DNA of 64,000 bases from Paraspadella gotoi (Eukaryota > Animalia > Chaetognatha). Each line of letters opens with the position of its first letter. The stretch's first letter is position 1. Shown here piece after piece: positions 51,948-64,000 of the stretch. The DNA lies in NCBI GenBank assembly GCA_051294375.1, contig CM119269.1, positions 915,842 through 979,841 on the forward strand, written 5' to 3'. Made by a program: the position numbers and the translations under genes. The notes beneath the pieces were generated by a model. It was given only the letters and a program-made list of their open reading frames with translations. It searched no databases and was not told the origin of the DNA.

Positions 51948-54473
51948 TTTTTTTTCCCTTTTTTTTCCTTTTTTTTTCCGCTTGGGTTCGAGGCGACCGA
52001 CGTCGCGTCCGTAGCGACGGAAAAACAAAATATTCACACAAAACAAAAAAAAAGGAGACAAGGAACAAAAGAGGGCGCGCGCGTTTGTTTCGTATTTCTT
52101 CGATATTTTATCGGAGATTTGGGCAAAAAGGGCGAGAGAGTGTGACACTGTGAGAGGAATGGATGTGAATTGGGATTCACATTCGGATGTGAATCAGACG
52201 CGAATCGTCATCTGTTTTTCAATTCGTTTCTCTCAGAAAAAAAAAATCGATCGGCGGAAGAACAAATTCACAACAACAACAACAACAACAACAACTTTAA
52301 CCGGTTCTCTCACGACGCAAATATCAAAACCTATTATTTTTTTGTTCAGAGGGAGGGGAAGAAGACTTAATTAGTTATATATGCGAGTTATTATTCGATT
52401 ATTCCATCTTCGGAGTTTTATTCGAAAAGTCATCGACTGCTCATCAAAATATTTTTCTCTTTCACTCTCTCTCTCTCTCTCTTAAAGCAGCCAAGTAATC
52501 TCCAAATCAAGAGAACGGTTTCAATCTTTATTCAAAATTACGTATTTGCATTTCATTACAGAATTCTTATGTTCCCCTTAAATTCACCCTCATCTTCGTA
52601 CAATGACAATATTCTTCTTCTTTCACACATCCTCTCACACTTATCTCACGTCCTCCACTCAACCCAGCATTCTCAATTTTCCTCCAAGTCAACTTCTCGT
52701 CCAACCATCAACTTCTCTCGTCTCTCAATCGAGCCTCGTAGCCAAGCAACGTGGACTCAACTCCTCCCCCCCCTAAAGTCTCTCGACTTTTTCCCGCGTT
52801 TTGACCTTTTGCCCTTTTTTCCTCGTTTAACCTCGTGATGACCTTTTAACGACCTTCAGACTCGTCGCTCATCGTTGCGTCGTTGCCGCAGGCCGCAGCC
52901 GCGTTGCCGCACCAAGACGCCTCCATCGCCGTTTCCACTCCCCGCCCCACATCTGTCGCCTCCGCCGCTTCCAACGCATCGTCGCCTTTGCGACACGCCG
53001 GTGAGACTTGGATGGAGGCGGTAACGCTCACTCCCTCCAAGAGTTGTTACTTGTTACTTACCTCACAAATCTTCGACTAAATCCACTCCCTCCTATCGTT
53101 CACGACGTGGATCCTCACTATAGTCGGGCGCCTTCACATCCGCCACTTCCCCCATCACTACGGACCTCCGACCCATTCGAAGGCGGCGCCGCCACAGCAC
53201 GACGATGCACTTTGGGCGCCGCTCCGGCGCCGTCTCAATAGAATCTGCCGCTCGGCGTCGATTGTTCATCGCTCATCGTCGTCCAACGCCCGTTTCGTCG
53301 CCATTTTTTTTTTCGGTTGGACGCCGGCGTAGAAAAAAAAAGTTGCCGCTGTCACAGTCGCCATTTAACGGCGCCGGTTGAGACGCCGACGCCGCTATCT
53401 CGACCTTTGACCCAAAACCCTCGACCCGGAACCCATGACCCCGACCGCGCCAATCTCTCTCGTGACCGGATCCGGGCGAAGCGAGCGTAACGATGGCGTT
53501 GGCGTGAAAAAAAAAATGGGGGCGGAGGGGGGGGAAGAGGATTGGCGTAGTGACTGAGGCTCGGATTAACTTTGAAGAGGGAAGTATTTTTAATTCAAGC
53601 ATGTGGTAGCAACATATTTTTTATATCCGTATGTACGATTGTACGATTTTACATACGGACATACAGCTTGTTTACAACTCCGTTTTTATTTTGACCTCCC
53701 CTTCCAACCTAAACTACCCTTTTCCCCAAATGCTTCCTTTCTCCTCCGGAGTCGGCTCAACCCGGGTCGGGGGCATCAACCAAAAACGTCGCCGGTTCTG
53801 GCACGCCGCCGCCGCCGCCGCCGCCGCCGCCGCTGACGCCGCCGCCGCCGCCGCCGCCTCAGCCTTCAACCGGAGGGGGGACTCAACTCGCCCTGTTTAC
53901 CGCGTAACATCGTCGCTTGAACTGACGACCGACGACNNNNNNNNNNCGACGACGACGACGACAACGACGGCGACGACGACGACAGTGACGTCGACGGTGG
54001 GCGTTCTGCAAGAATCTCCCCCTTTCGACAAAACAAGGGGGAAAACAAAAGCTTCGTTCTTCTAATTCATTTCTTTTAAACTAAATTTGAAGTGAAACAC
54101 GTCGTCAGAAAAAATGTTTTCGCTGTAAAAGTTTTTATAAATTTTGCAAGAACACCAATGTTTTTTTAGTTCTTGAATTCAAAGTACCGTAAACAGCAGT
54201 AAAAATTCTAAATTTAACTTCAATAAAAATGGAAATAACAAAGTTGTACTAATGAACATTAATGTCTAAAAAATAATTAATATAAATAAAGCAATTTAAG
54301 TGGTAGGCTTTATCTATACATAGATACATTAAGTTAGTAAAAAGTCAATGAAACCCATAATTCAAGTTGAAAAATTTTTTTTTATAATACAAATAGTTTT
54401 TTGAAATTTATAACACCCTTAATGAAAACATTTTTTAAAAATGATTTATATTTTCTTTTATAAACTATTAAAA

Positions 54474-55392
54474 NNNNNNNNNNNNNNNNNNNNNNNNNNN
54501 NNNNNNNNNNNNNNNNNNNNNNNNNNNNNNNNNNNNNNNNNNNNNNNNNNNNNNNNNNNNNNNNNNNNNNNNNNNNNNNNNNNNNNNNNNNNNNNNNNNN
54601 NNNNNNNNNNNNNNNNNNNNNNNNNNNNNNNNNNNNNNNNNNNNNNNNNNNNNNNNNNNNNNNNNNNNNNNNNNNNNNNNNNNNNNNNNNNNNNNNNNNN
54701 NNNNNNNNNNNNNNNNNNNNNNNNNNNNNNNNNNNNNNNNNNNNNNNNNNNNNNNNNNNNNNNNNNNNNNNNNNNNNNNNNNNNNNNNNNNNNNNNNNNN
54801 NNNNNNNNNNNNNNNNNNNNNNNNNNNNNNNNNNNNNNNNNNNNNNNNNNNNNNNNNNNNNNNNNNNNNNNNNNNNNNNNNNNNNNNNNNNNNNNNNNNN
54901 NNNNNNNNNNNNNNNNNNNNNNNNNNNNNNNNNNNNNNNNNNNNNNNNNNNNNNNNNNNNNNNNNNNNNNNNNNNNNNNNNNNNNNNNNNNNNNNNNNNN
55001 NNNNNNNNNNNNNNNNNNNNNNNNNNNNNNNNNNNNNNNNNNNNNNNNNNNNNNNNNNNNNNNNNNNNNNNNNNNNNNNNNNNNNNNNNNNNNNNNNNNN
55101 NNNNNNNNNNNNNNNNNNNNNNNNNNNNNNNNNNNNNNNNNNNNNNNNNNNNNNNNNNNNNNNNNNNNNNNNNNNNNNNNNNNNNNNNNNNNNNNNNNNN
55201 NNNNNNNNNNNNNNNNNNNNNNNNNNNNNNNNNNNNNNNNNNNNNNNNNNNNNNNNNNNNNNNNNNNNNNNNNNNNNNNNNNNNNNNNNNNNNNNNNNNN
55301 NNNNNNNNNNNNNNNNNNNNNNNNNNNNNNNNNNNNNNNNNNNNNNNNNNNNNNNNNNNNNNNNNNNNNNNNNNNNNNNNNNNNNNNNNNNN
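54474..55392. other. Assembly gap (others at 49704-49854, 63248-63452 and two short runs)
   Basis: Runs of N. Confidence 1.
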
Positions 55393-56761
55393 NTCTAACC
55401 CACCTGTAGTGTCGGACTACAGCCCGATCCGAACTTCGGAACCTTCGGGACCTGTGTGCAACGGACGGTAAACTGCTCGCGGCTTCGTCTTCCACAACAA
55501 ATTCAAATTTGCCTTGTAAATTAAAAAAAGCTTATTTTTAAAATTTTAAGATTTTAAAAGAATAGTCATGTATATAAATATATATGTAAATATAAAAATT
55601 ACGTAAATATAGCCTAATAAAAAAAAATTATATATTTTTTTAATTAATATTCACTGATAGTACGTTGTTCATAATCGACTTTTAAAAACTTTTAGGAAAC
55701 TTTCCTACGATCTAATGTACATTATTAACAGATTCAAAACTAATGAACTAAAAAGCTTTTAACCGATAGACGACTCTGTCCCTTGCGTCATCTTCGCCCT
55801 CGGCGTCGAAACCCAAAGAGGGAGACGCCGGTTTCGACGCCGCGCGACGCCGCGTGACGCCGCGTGACGCCGCGCGACGCCGCGCGCTTTCTGTGGTTGT
55901 GTGTGGGATTGGTGATCTTCTTAACACGTTAAGGATTTGATATATTTACAATTCCCATTTATAATGAGCTTCATTCATTGTCAAAAAAGACTTTTAAAAC
56001 TATTAACTTGTATTGTATTAAACTTTATCAAACATAAACATTAACCAACGTCGAAACAAAAGCTAAAAACTGAGCTAAAACCGAACCCATCTTCTTTCAA
56101 CGCTGACCTTTTTCCAGAAAGGAGGCCAACTGCAGGATGATGGGGTTGATGGGGTTGATGGGGTGAGGTGAAAATGAGTTGATGGATCGATGGGTCAGAG
56201 CATGATGGAAAAAAGACTCGACGCTGTCGTGATAAACGAAACAAAAAGACGTTGATGGGCTGATGAGTTGATGGTTTCATGGTTCGACGGGATGACAGAC
56301 GCCGATGATGAGATTTTTATGGTATAATGGGTTTTTTTTTGGCTAAAGACACTGATTATACTAAGCTGATCTAATGTTGAATAAAAAAAGTATAGGGAAT
56401 TTGATTTCCGACTTTGTTCTTTCCTTTTCTGTTCGCGACCTCGAGTTTTCCCTGAGAGAGTCATTCTTTGCCAAATCTTCGCTTCCGTTAACCCCGCTCG
56501 TTCCTGCCTCCTAACCCCCACGATCTAATCCTCCTTGCCCTCTTCCTGCCCCTACCCCCGATCTACTCCCCCACCCCTCTTCCTGCCCTCTACCCCCTCC
56601 GGATCTACTCCCCCTTTCCTCTTCGCTGCCCATCTACCCCCCCCTATCTACTCCCCCTTGCTCTCTTCTGCCCTCTACCCCCCGACTATCCCCCCTTTCT
56701 TCAGTGGCCGCCTTCATCAATCTTCAACATTCGTCGCCGCGACGAAACTTCAACTCCATCC

Positions 56762-56944
56762 ATTTTGCCATCGCTTCGCCCCATCCCCTTCCACTTTATT
56801 TAACTCTTTCTAGTTCATTTCTTACATTTACTTTCTTTGTTCCATGTTCCACTTTTGCCATCGCTTCGCCCCATCCCATTCCACCTTTATTTAAACTCTT
56901 TCTAGTTCATTTCTAACATTTACTTTCTTTGTTCCATGTTCCAC
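56762..56944. repeat. Tandem duplication, 2 x ~90 bp
   Basis: TTTTGCCATCGCTTCGCCCCATCCC...TTTGTTCCATGTTCCAC occurs twice. Confidence 0.85.
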
Positions 56945-57031
56945 GTACCTTTTCTCCCTTTATTTCTATTTATCTTTCAACACGATTTTTTTTTTGCTTT
57001 AACTTTCTTACTCGCTACTCTTTTCTAGCTT

Positions 57032-57260
57032 TTTATTGGTTACGCTGCGAGTACTCGGGGAGCAACTCTATAAGCCACTTTTCGGTCGGCCTGTCGGTCC
57101 GTCGGTCGATCCGTCGGTATGTCCGTTCGTCGGTCTGTCCCACTTACGTTAAAAATGCATATAATTTGCCTATAGCTGGTTGCTCATTTGTTAAGACAGA
57201 AAAAAAACTCAAATCTAAGGGACTGCTAGCGCCGCCTTCAAGAATTCCGAAAAACAATAA
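57032..57260 (+). mobile_element. Helentron/DINE-1-like element
   Basis: Aligns over ~200 bp with 44545-44752. Confidence 0.65.
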
Positions 57261-57294
57261 GTAATAAAAGAGGGAATTTAGATGGAGTGCATAT

Positions 57295-57420
57295 CTTCTT
57301 TTTCTCATCCCCTCTTCTTCTCTCATCCCCTCTTCCTCTCTCATCCTCTCTTCCTCCCTCATCCTCTCTTCCTCTCTCATCCTCTCTTCCTCTCTCATCC
57401 TCTCTTCCTCCCTCATCCCC
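57295..57420. repeat. 18-bp minisatellite (CTCTCATCCTCTCTTCCT)n
   Basis: About 7 tandem copies; these explain the MREEER ORF. Confidence 0.85.
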
Positions 57421-58099
57421 ACTACTTCTATTTTTCTATTTTCATATTTCATCTTCCCCTCAATCAAAATTCCTCGCCTGCCCTTCACTGGAAACCATTG
57501 GCCGTGGGGACAAAAGGCGGTCACTGGTCGGGGTCGGCGCGGGTCGGGTCAAGGACGTGTCAAGGTCAAACGTCGTCGTTCGCCGACTCTTTCCTCTTTC
57601 CATTTTCGTTTGAGGGGAGCGGGGGGCGGAAAAGAGTTGTCTCTTTCATTTAAAAAAAAAAGCTTCAGTGTAAAAAATTCGAACACTGCAGCTGGAACTG
57701 GTGCTGCTGCTGCACCCGCTGCCGGTAGAGTTCTGCTCACTGGCGGACCCCGGAAAAGGTGGCAAAGAACCATCGTCCGAGGCGCGCCGCTTCTGAAACG
57801 GAGAAAAGTGAATCGGGATATCATTATCTCATCTTGACATTTTGATTTAAGGAATACTACCCTTTGAAAAGGTTTTTAGATCAATATTAATCGCCAGCCA
57901 ATTCATATTGAGAGAGGATGGATTAAAAAGTCTCCGCAGAATCCCTTCTAAACATATCTTTTTTTCTTCAGGGTCAAGAGGCAGCCTATTGCAAAACGAA
58001 AGCTTAAAATAATGAAATCGTTTATTACATATTAAGATTGCTGAATTTGATTTGGCACAGACCAAATTTTGTATTTACTGAAATGGAAGAGATAGAGAG

Positions 58100-58186
<87 letters not shown>

Positions 58187-58303
58187 AAAACAAAAAAGAG
58201 AGAGTCAAGGAAACAAAAGGAAATACGGACTAACGGACTGCACGAGAGCGCGAGCAGTGAATTAGTGAAAACACCCATGGCGCCGGGAGAAACGAGTCCG
58301 CGG

Positions 58304-58353
<50 letters not shown>

Positions 58354-58653
58354 GCGGCGGCGGCGGCGGCAGCAGTGGACGAGAAAAACACTGGAACTCG
58401 ATTTCCGGGTTTTTTTTTCGGTCGTCAGGGTTGAAGGTGGTTGGAGGATTTCGGTAGAGGGTGGATTTCTGAGGGTTTAATGGGGGTTCCCTCTGGGGAT
58501 GTCGTAATGGAGCGAAAAAGGGGGCAATCAATGTCTTGGCGGAGGTGGCGGCGGCGGCGGCGGCGGCGGCGACACTTGGAATCAAAACTTATTCGAGGCG
58601 GGATTTGTCCATTCCCTTCCTTCTTTCCTTCGTTATGAAGACCTTTTTGCTTT

Positions 58654-58745
<92 letters not shown>

Positions 58746-60261
58746 TGTTTATTTATTTTTTTCTTTGTTTATTTTTTTTTCCTTCTATCTTTTTTTCTTT
58801 GCTTTTTTTGTAATTTTCTTTTCCTCTTTCTTTTCCTCTTACGATTTCGTTGTAAGAATATTTCCTTCTGTCGAGGAACCATTAAGTCCATCGGAAGACT
58901 TTTTGGTAAGAAGCAATTTAGGTGATTTTCGAGCTTTTTTACATTTAAACTAAAGTATCAGTAATACAGTAAAACCTCTCAAAGATCAAAAGGAAAAAAA
59001 AATAACTAATTTCTATACTACATAAAAGAGCGAGAGAGAGAGAGAGAGAGAGCAAGCGACAAAGAGCGACAATTTCCCGGAGACCGTGCATCGGCTGTGT
59101 CGGCGGTGGGCGGCGGCGGCGGCTGGGCGGCGGAGGCGGCGGCGGCGGCGCGTAATTCGATTTGAAATCCCGGAAAATTCCCGTAGGGTTCGTCGCGTTC
59201 GTCCTCGGCGCAATTTATTGCCCGTAACACGAGAGTCAAACGGGACGGGGGGGCGGGGGGGGAGGTGAGAGTGTTGCGAGAAAGTTATGAGAAGTATTTC
59301 CATCTTATTTACGACATCGTGAATTGTTTGTTTGTTTGTTTGTTTTTTTTACCTAATTTTACGACGGCGTCATATTTATTTCCTTTGAAAATTTTTTACA
59401 AAAAGCAAAACAAAATAAAAAAAATTTTGAAACTTTTTTTCTTTATGGGACAATCTTATTCTTTACCCATATCACATTTGGTTTCAATTTAAAAGAAAAA
59501 AAACAGAAAATCTTTGTCCAAACGATCCCAAAACTCGTTGAGATTAATGAACTGTCATATGCTATTCCGCTATCAGTTTTTTTAATAACTCGATATACCG
59601 CCTTAAGTCAGACTGCGCGCAAGTCTGATAAGTAAGTTTTAAGTTTCGAATCTTTCTTGGCGAAGTTGTGAACGAAACTTTGTAATGAAATTTTTAAAAA
59701 GAAGTGCGCACTATTCCTCCATCATGGAGACTCTCCATTGGGGACTCTCCATTGTAGATCAGTAGATATGAAGGAAAATTTGGGTTCTTTTGTGTCTTGT
59801 GTCTTGTGTCGATAGATAATTTAAAAAAAATAATATATTGTACTGCGATAAAGTCATTTAATCTAATTTCTCCGCGCGGTTTTTAATCTAAGTTTTTCTT
59901 TTGAAATTTGAATATTTAGTGATATAAGTAAATAAGTCTCAGCATAGTCTAATATCTAAAAATGCATTGACGAAATTTAAATCCGAAGGCAGGGTGAGAT
60001 CGGGCAGTGAAGACGGCGAAGAAAAGAAAAGGTAAGGAAAGGTAAGGAAAAAGAAAAAAAGAAAAAGAAAAATAAGAAGTGAGATTAAAAGGAGGCGAAA
60101 ACCCAAGAGATTTGCGCTAATCAAAACGGAAGTGACGGTTGGCGAGCGCTGCGTCGAATGCGCGATGACTTTGGAGATCGAACACGCTTCTCTCTCTCTC
60201 CTCTCTCTCTCTCGTTTCTCTCTCTCTCTCTTTCTCTCTCTCCTCTCTCTCTCTCTCTTCT

Positions 60262-60292
<31 letters not shown>

Positions 60293-60938
60293 ACACTCTC
60301 CTCTCTCGTCTCTCTCCTCTCTCTCTCTCGTCTTCTTCGCCCCTTATTCGTAGTTCGAACAAGCTTTTCCCCTTTTTCACCCCCTCTCGCTCTCCACGTC
60401 AAGTGACTTGCACTTTAAATTCAAAAATTTCAATTTCTCTTTAACAATTCCGTTTGAGTTTCTCTTCATTGAATTTCGTTGAAAATCGCGGCTCGGATCA
60501 GATTTATTTTTTGCTCAACTGACATAAAGGATCAGATCTTTTCGTCTCCAAGGATCGATCGATATTCATGTCTATAAAAGTCGACGCGGTAAAAATTTCT
60601 CCATAAGCCTTAATCCAAAAAGGGAGGAAGAGGAAAACTGGAAGGAGAAGTGTAAGGAGTGGGAAGAGGAGTAAAGAATAAAATGGTTGATAAGGGAATG
60701 AAAGAAAGTAAAGGAAGAGGAAAAATAGACTAAAAAAAGAAAGAAAGAAAAAAAAAAAGAAAATGGAATTAAAAAAAAATGAAGTCACCATGGTTTTACT
60801 TTCAGGTTAATTAAAATAAAGTGTGAGAAAAATAATGTGGGAAAAATATTTCAGAAGAGAAATTTTAAAATTTCGAAAGGTGAAAGTGTGAGAGAAAAAA
60901 TGTGAGAGATTAAAGTGATGAACTGACGATGTTGTGGG

Positions 60939-61010
<72 letters not shown>

Positions 61011-61098
61011 ATAACGAAAATAATTTTTAAAAAAGAGGGGAGACTTAAAAGAGAGAAAGGAGAAACGGAAATCCTAGGGGATGAATGGAGAGAAGAAA

Positions 61099-61174
<76 letters not shown>

Positions 61175-63105
61175 GAGAGAGTAAAAGAAAAAAAAGGAGA
61201 GAAACCATAAGACATTAAAGTGATTCATGTTGGAGGAAAATGGAGAAAAGGAAGGGAGCCAAACTCCGGATCTTTCAGATTAATCACCACCCAAAAAAAT
61301 AAGGGTTAGTTTCAACTCTTTTTTTTCCTTTGAATAACGACAATTGGGCCTCGAATAGGCGAAAGAAGCCGCGGAAGGGCGGACTCTGATAACATTAACC
61401 ATGATGATGATTACCATTTTAGCAAATTACTGGAAGTGGATTTTTTTTGGGTGGGGGGTTTAAATGTTATTAAAATGAGATGTTTTGTGTAAGATTTAAA
61501 GTAAACTACTCGCTTATTTAATCTTTCTTCTTTTTTTTCTATTTCTATTTTTGTCTTTTTATTTTTTCATATTTTTTCTTTTTCTTTTTTTTCTTTTTCT
61601 TTTTCATTATTTTTTTCGTTTTCTTTTTGTCTTTTTCTTTTTTTTCTTTCACCTCCGGAAAAAGAGGCGGAATCAGTTTTATGGTTTTCTTTTATTTCGC
61701 TTCTGTCATCCATTTGGTTTGATGGTTCGTTCTCGTCGTCGTCGTCGTAGTCGTTGTTGTAGCCAGGAGCTGTGTCTAGAATCTGATTTCTGAATGATAG
61801 CGTCTTTTTTCTTTCTTTTAAAAATATGTGTAATCTGTCTCATTTAGGAACCAACAATCAATCAATCGATCGTTCACCGTCGTTGATTCACATTCGTCTT
61901 ATTCACATCACAATCCAGTCGCTTTGACCACAAAGTCACTCATTTTTTTCGTCTTATCGCATTCGGCGCCGTCTTTGTTTTCGACTAGAAGACAATCGTC
62001 GTCGTCGTCGTCGTTGTCGTCAAGGTCGTTCCTGTGGTCGTTGTCGCGTATTTTTTCGACAAAGGAAAGTAACATTATCATTATTGCGTCTCGTTCTCGT
62101 TTCTCCGACGACATTTGGCGGCGAACGAACAACGGCGAAATGCTCTACGCCACCCCGTTAGGGTACAACCGTACATGCCCCTTTTCACGCCTCCAACTCA
62201 CCTCTATGCGGTCTGCTTAATAGTGCTTATACTATGCAGTACTATCTAGGAAAAAAGTATATAACATAATTCATTCATTCAATAAAAAGTATACAAAACA
62301 TGGGTAAAACATTCTCAATATTTGGTATGCCTTTCCTCAGCATCGATTACTGCCTACATTCGTCTGTGCATGCTCTCATACAGCAAATTGAGGTATGACA
62401 GTAAAATGTTTTTCCACATCTTTAACGCAATTCTTTTCAGACCTAATATTGATGTTGCATGTCTTTCCTCTTTTCTAAAAGGTATAATAGTACTTTTTTG
62501 AAGCAAAAAGAGGTGCAAGGCCTTTAGCATTGCCAAATTAAAAGAAAATAAAAACAAATACCTAAATACCAAAAATGTAAAAAAACTAAATATAATTTTT
62601 TTCGCCGTTTTTAATTTGAAGTAATAATATTTTTTGGCTTGTAACTTCTAAACAAATTAACCTAAAAAAAAAAAATAGAAGGAAGCTACTGAAAAAAAAT
62701 TCAATGTAGATCCAAAAACATTCTGATTTTTTTTAAATCAAACAAGTTTTCAAATAGATATCTTTTATTAAAAATGTTGTGTAGACATTGTGTTAATTTC
62801 CTTTTGTTTCGTTGTTTTTGTAGATTTAAAGAAAAGCAAAGTTTATTTGTTTATATACAACAATTTTTTATTTCACCTATGTGAAATGGTTAATGGTTAA
62901 AAAATTAAAAATGTTATATACTTTTTTCCTAGATAGTATGCACGCGATCCCTCGTTGTTTTTTTAAGGACTGTAACGACTCACTAACACCGACTGTTTTT
63001 TCTGTACTTAGTATGCCGCTAATACTTTGAAGTGAGAATTATTTGATTCTAATTAATTGAAATTAAAGACAAAGTCTTGATACAGCAACGATTTTATTTT
63101 ATTGT

Positions 63106-63145
63106 ACAGACAAGTTTCGGCTTTCATTCAAGCCTTCATCAGTGC
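63106..63145 (-). ncRNA. Minimal type I hammerhead ribozyme (Penelope-like-element type)
   Basis: The minus strand reads GCA-CUGAUGA-A-GGCUU-GAAUGA-AAGCC-GAAA-C-UU-GUC^UGU. This gives a complete core, a 5-bp stem II, a minimal stem III and a 3-bp stem I, immediately followed by AAUAAA. Confidence 0.75.
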
Positions 63146-63452
63146 TTCAGAAAGTTTAATCACATTGATTCTAATTTAAGAAAGTTATACAGAAAAATAA
63201 AAGAAGAGGAGGGAAGCGATGACTTGACTCCAGCACCCAATGGCCCGNNNNNNNNNNNNNNNNNNNNNNNNNNNNNNNNNNNNNNNNNNNNNNNNNNNNN
63301 NNNNNNNNNNNNNNNNNNNNNNNNNNNNNNNNNNNNNNNNNNNNNNNNNNNNNNNNNNNNNNNNNNNNNNNNNNNNNNNNNNNNNNNNNNNNNNNNNNNN
63401 NNNNNNNNNNNNNNNNNNNNNNNNNNNNNNNNNNNNNNNNNNNNNNNNNNNN

Positions 63453-63605
63453 AGGCGGCGCTCGCAGTCACTTAGATTTGAGGTTATTTCTTGTCTGAAC
63501 AAATGGGTTTTGACTATTTTTAACATAGACCGACAAACCGATGAACAGACACACCGACTGACTGACCGAAAAGTGACTTTAGAGTACTCGCTGCGCAACT
63601 AAAAA
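63453..63605 (-). mobile_element. Helentron/DINE-1-like element, truncated by a gap
   Basis: AGGCGGCGCT…CACTTAGATTTGAG…GACCGAAAAGTGACTT…GCAACTAAAAA is a reverse copy of the family. Confidence 0.6.
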
Positions 63606-64000
63606 TGGGGAAGAATGAGCTCGGGGAGAGTGGAGGATAAATTGTGCAGAATTGGGGTAAGAAATGAGGTGAACGGGGTGGAAAATGTGGAAGTGATTTC
63701 TGGGACGGAGTAAAAGGAAGACGAATGCAACAAAGGCTCAATTTAATGGTTAAGAGGAGGAAGAAAAGAAAGGTNNNNNNNNNNAAGAATGAAAAATGAA
63801 GAAAGGCAAAAGAAGAATCGAAGTGAGAAGATAAAAGGAGAAGCAAAGGAGCAGTTTTCGCGGACCGCAAAACAACAACGCCGTAGGGGGTTGAAGGGGG
63901 GAGTAGGGTGGGATGTAGAAGGGGGTTCGAAATGTAGGTTTAGAGAAAAGAGACAGATGGAGAAATTGTTAACAAGATCGGTCCGTCCAATGTGTTGCGC

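Noticed and set aside
54441-55495. 322- and 345-aa ORFs
   Set aside because: They are open only because they cross N-gaps.

Overview
This is genomic DNA from an invertebrate animal: AT-rich introns, GC/CpG-rich exons, GT-AG splicing, abundant (GA)n/(TTTC)n/(TCG)n microsatellites and several N-gaps. Most short ORFs in the supplied track are microsatellite artefacts. Manual splicing supports nine genes: the last exon of a synaptotagmin-like C2B protein, a rhodopsin-family peptide GPCR, an unknown tail-anchored protein, TTLL5, a BMPER/crossveinless-2 orthologue, a 71-aa secreted 8-Cys prepropeptide, a reeler-domain protein, a JHAMT-like SAM methyltransferase and a trypsin-like protease. Mobile DNA includes a tandem miniature LTR retrotransposon (TRIM) array with two solo LTRs, a TA-flanked Tc1/mariner-type MITE, DINE-1/Helentron-like elements and tRNA-derived SINE heads. 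There is also a minimal hammerhead ribozyme of the Penelope-associated type. The best leads are the toxin/defensin-like RGD peptide, the structured TRIM family, the hammerhead, and a BMPER lacking the GDPH self-cleavage site. Several genes carry indels that may be assembly errors. All homology calls come from motif recognition, not database searches.
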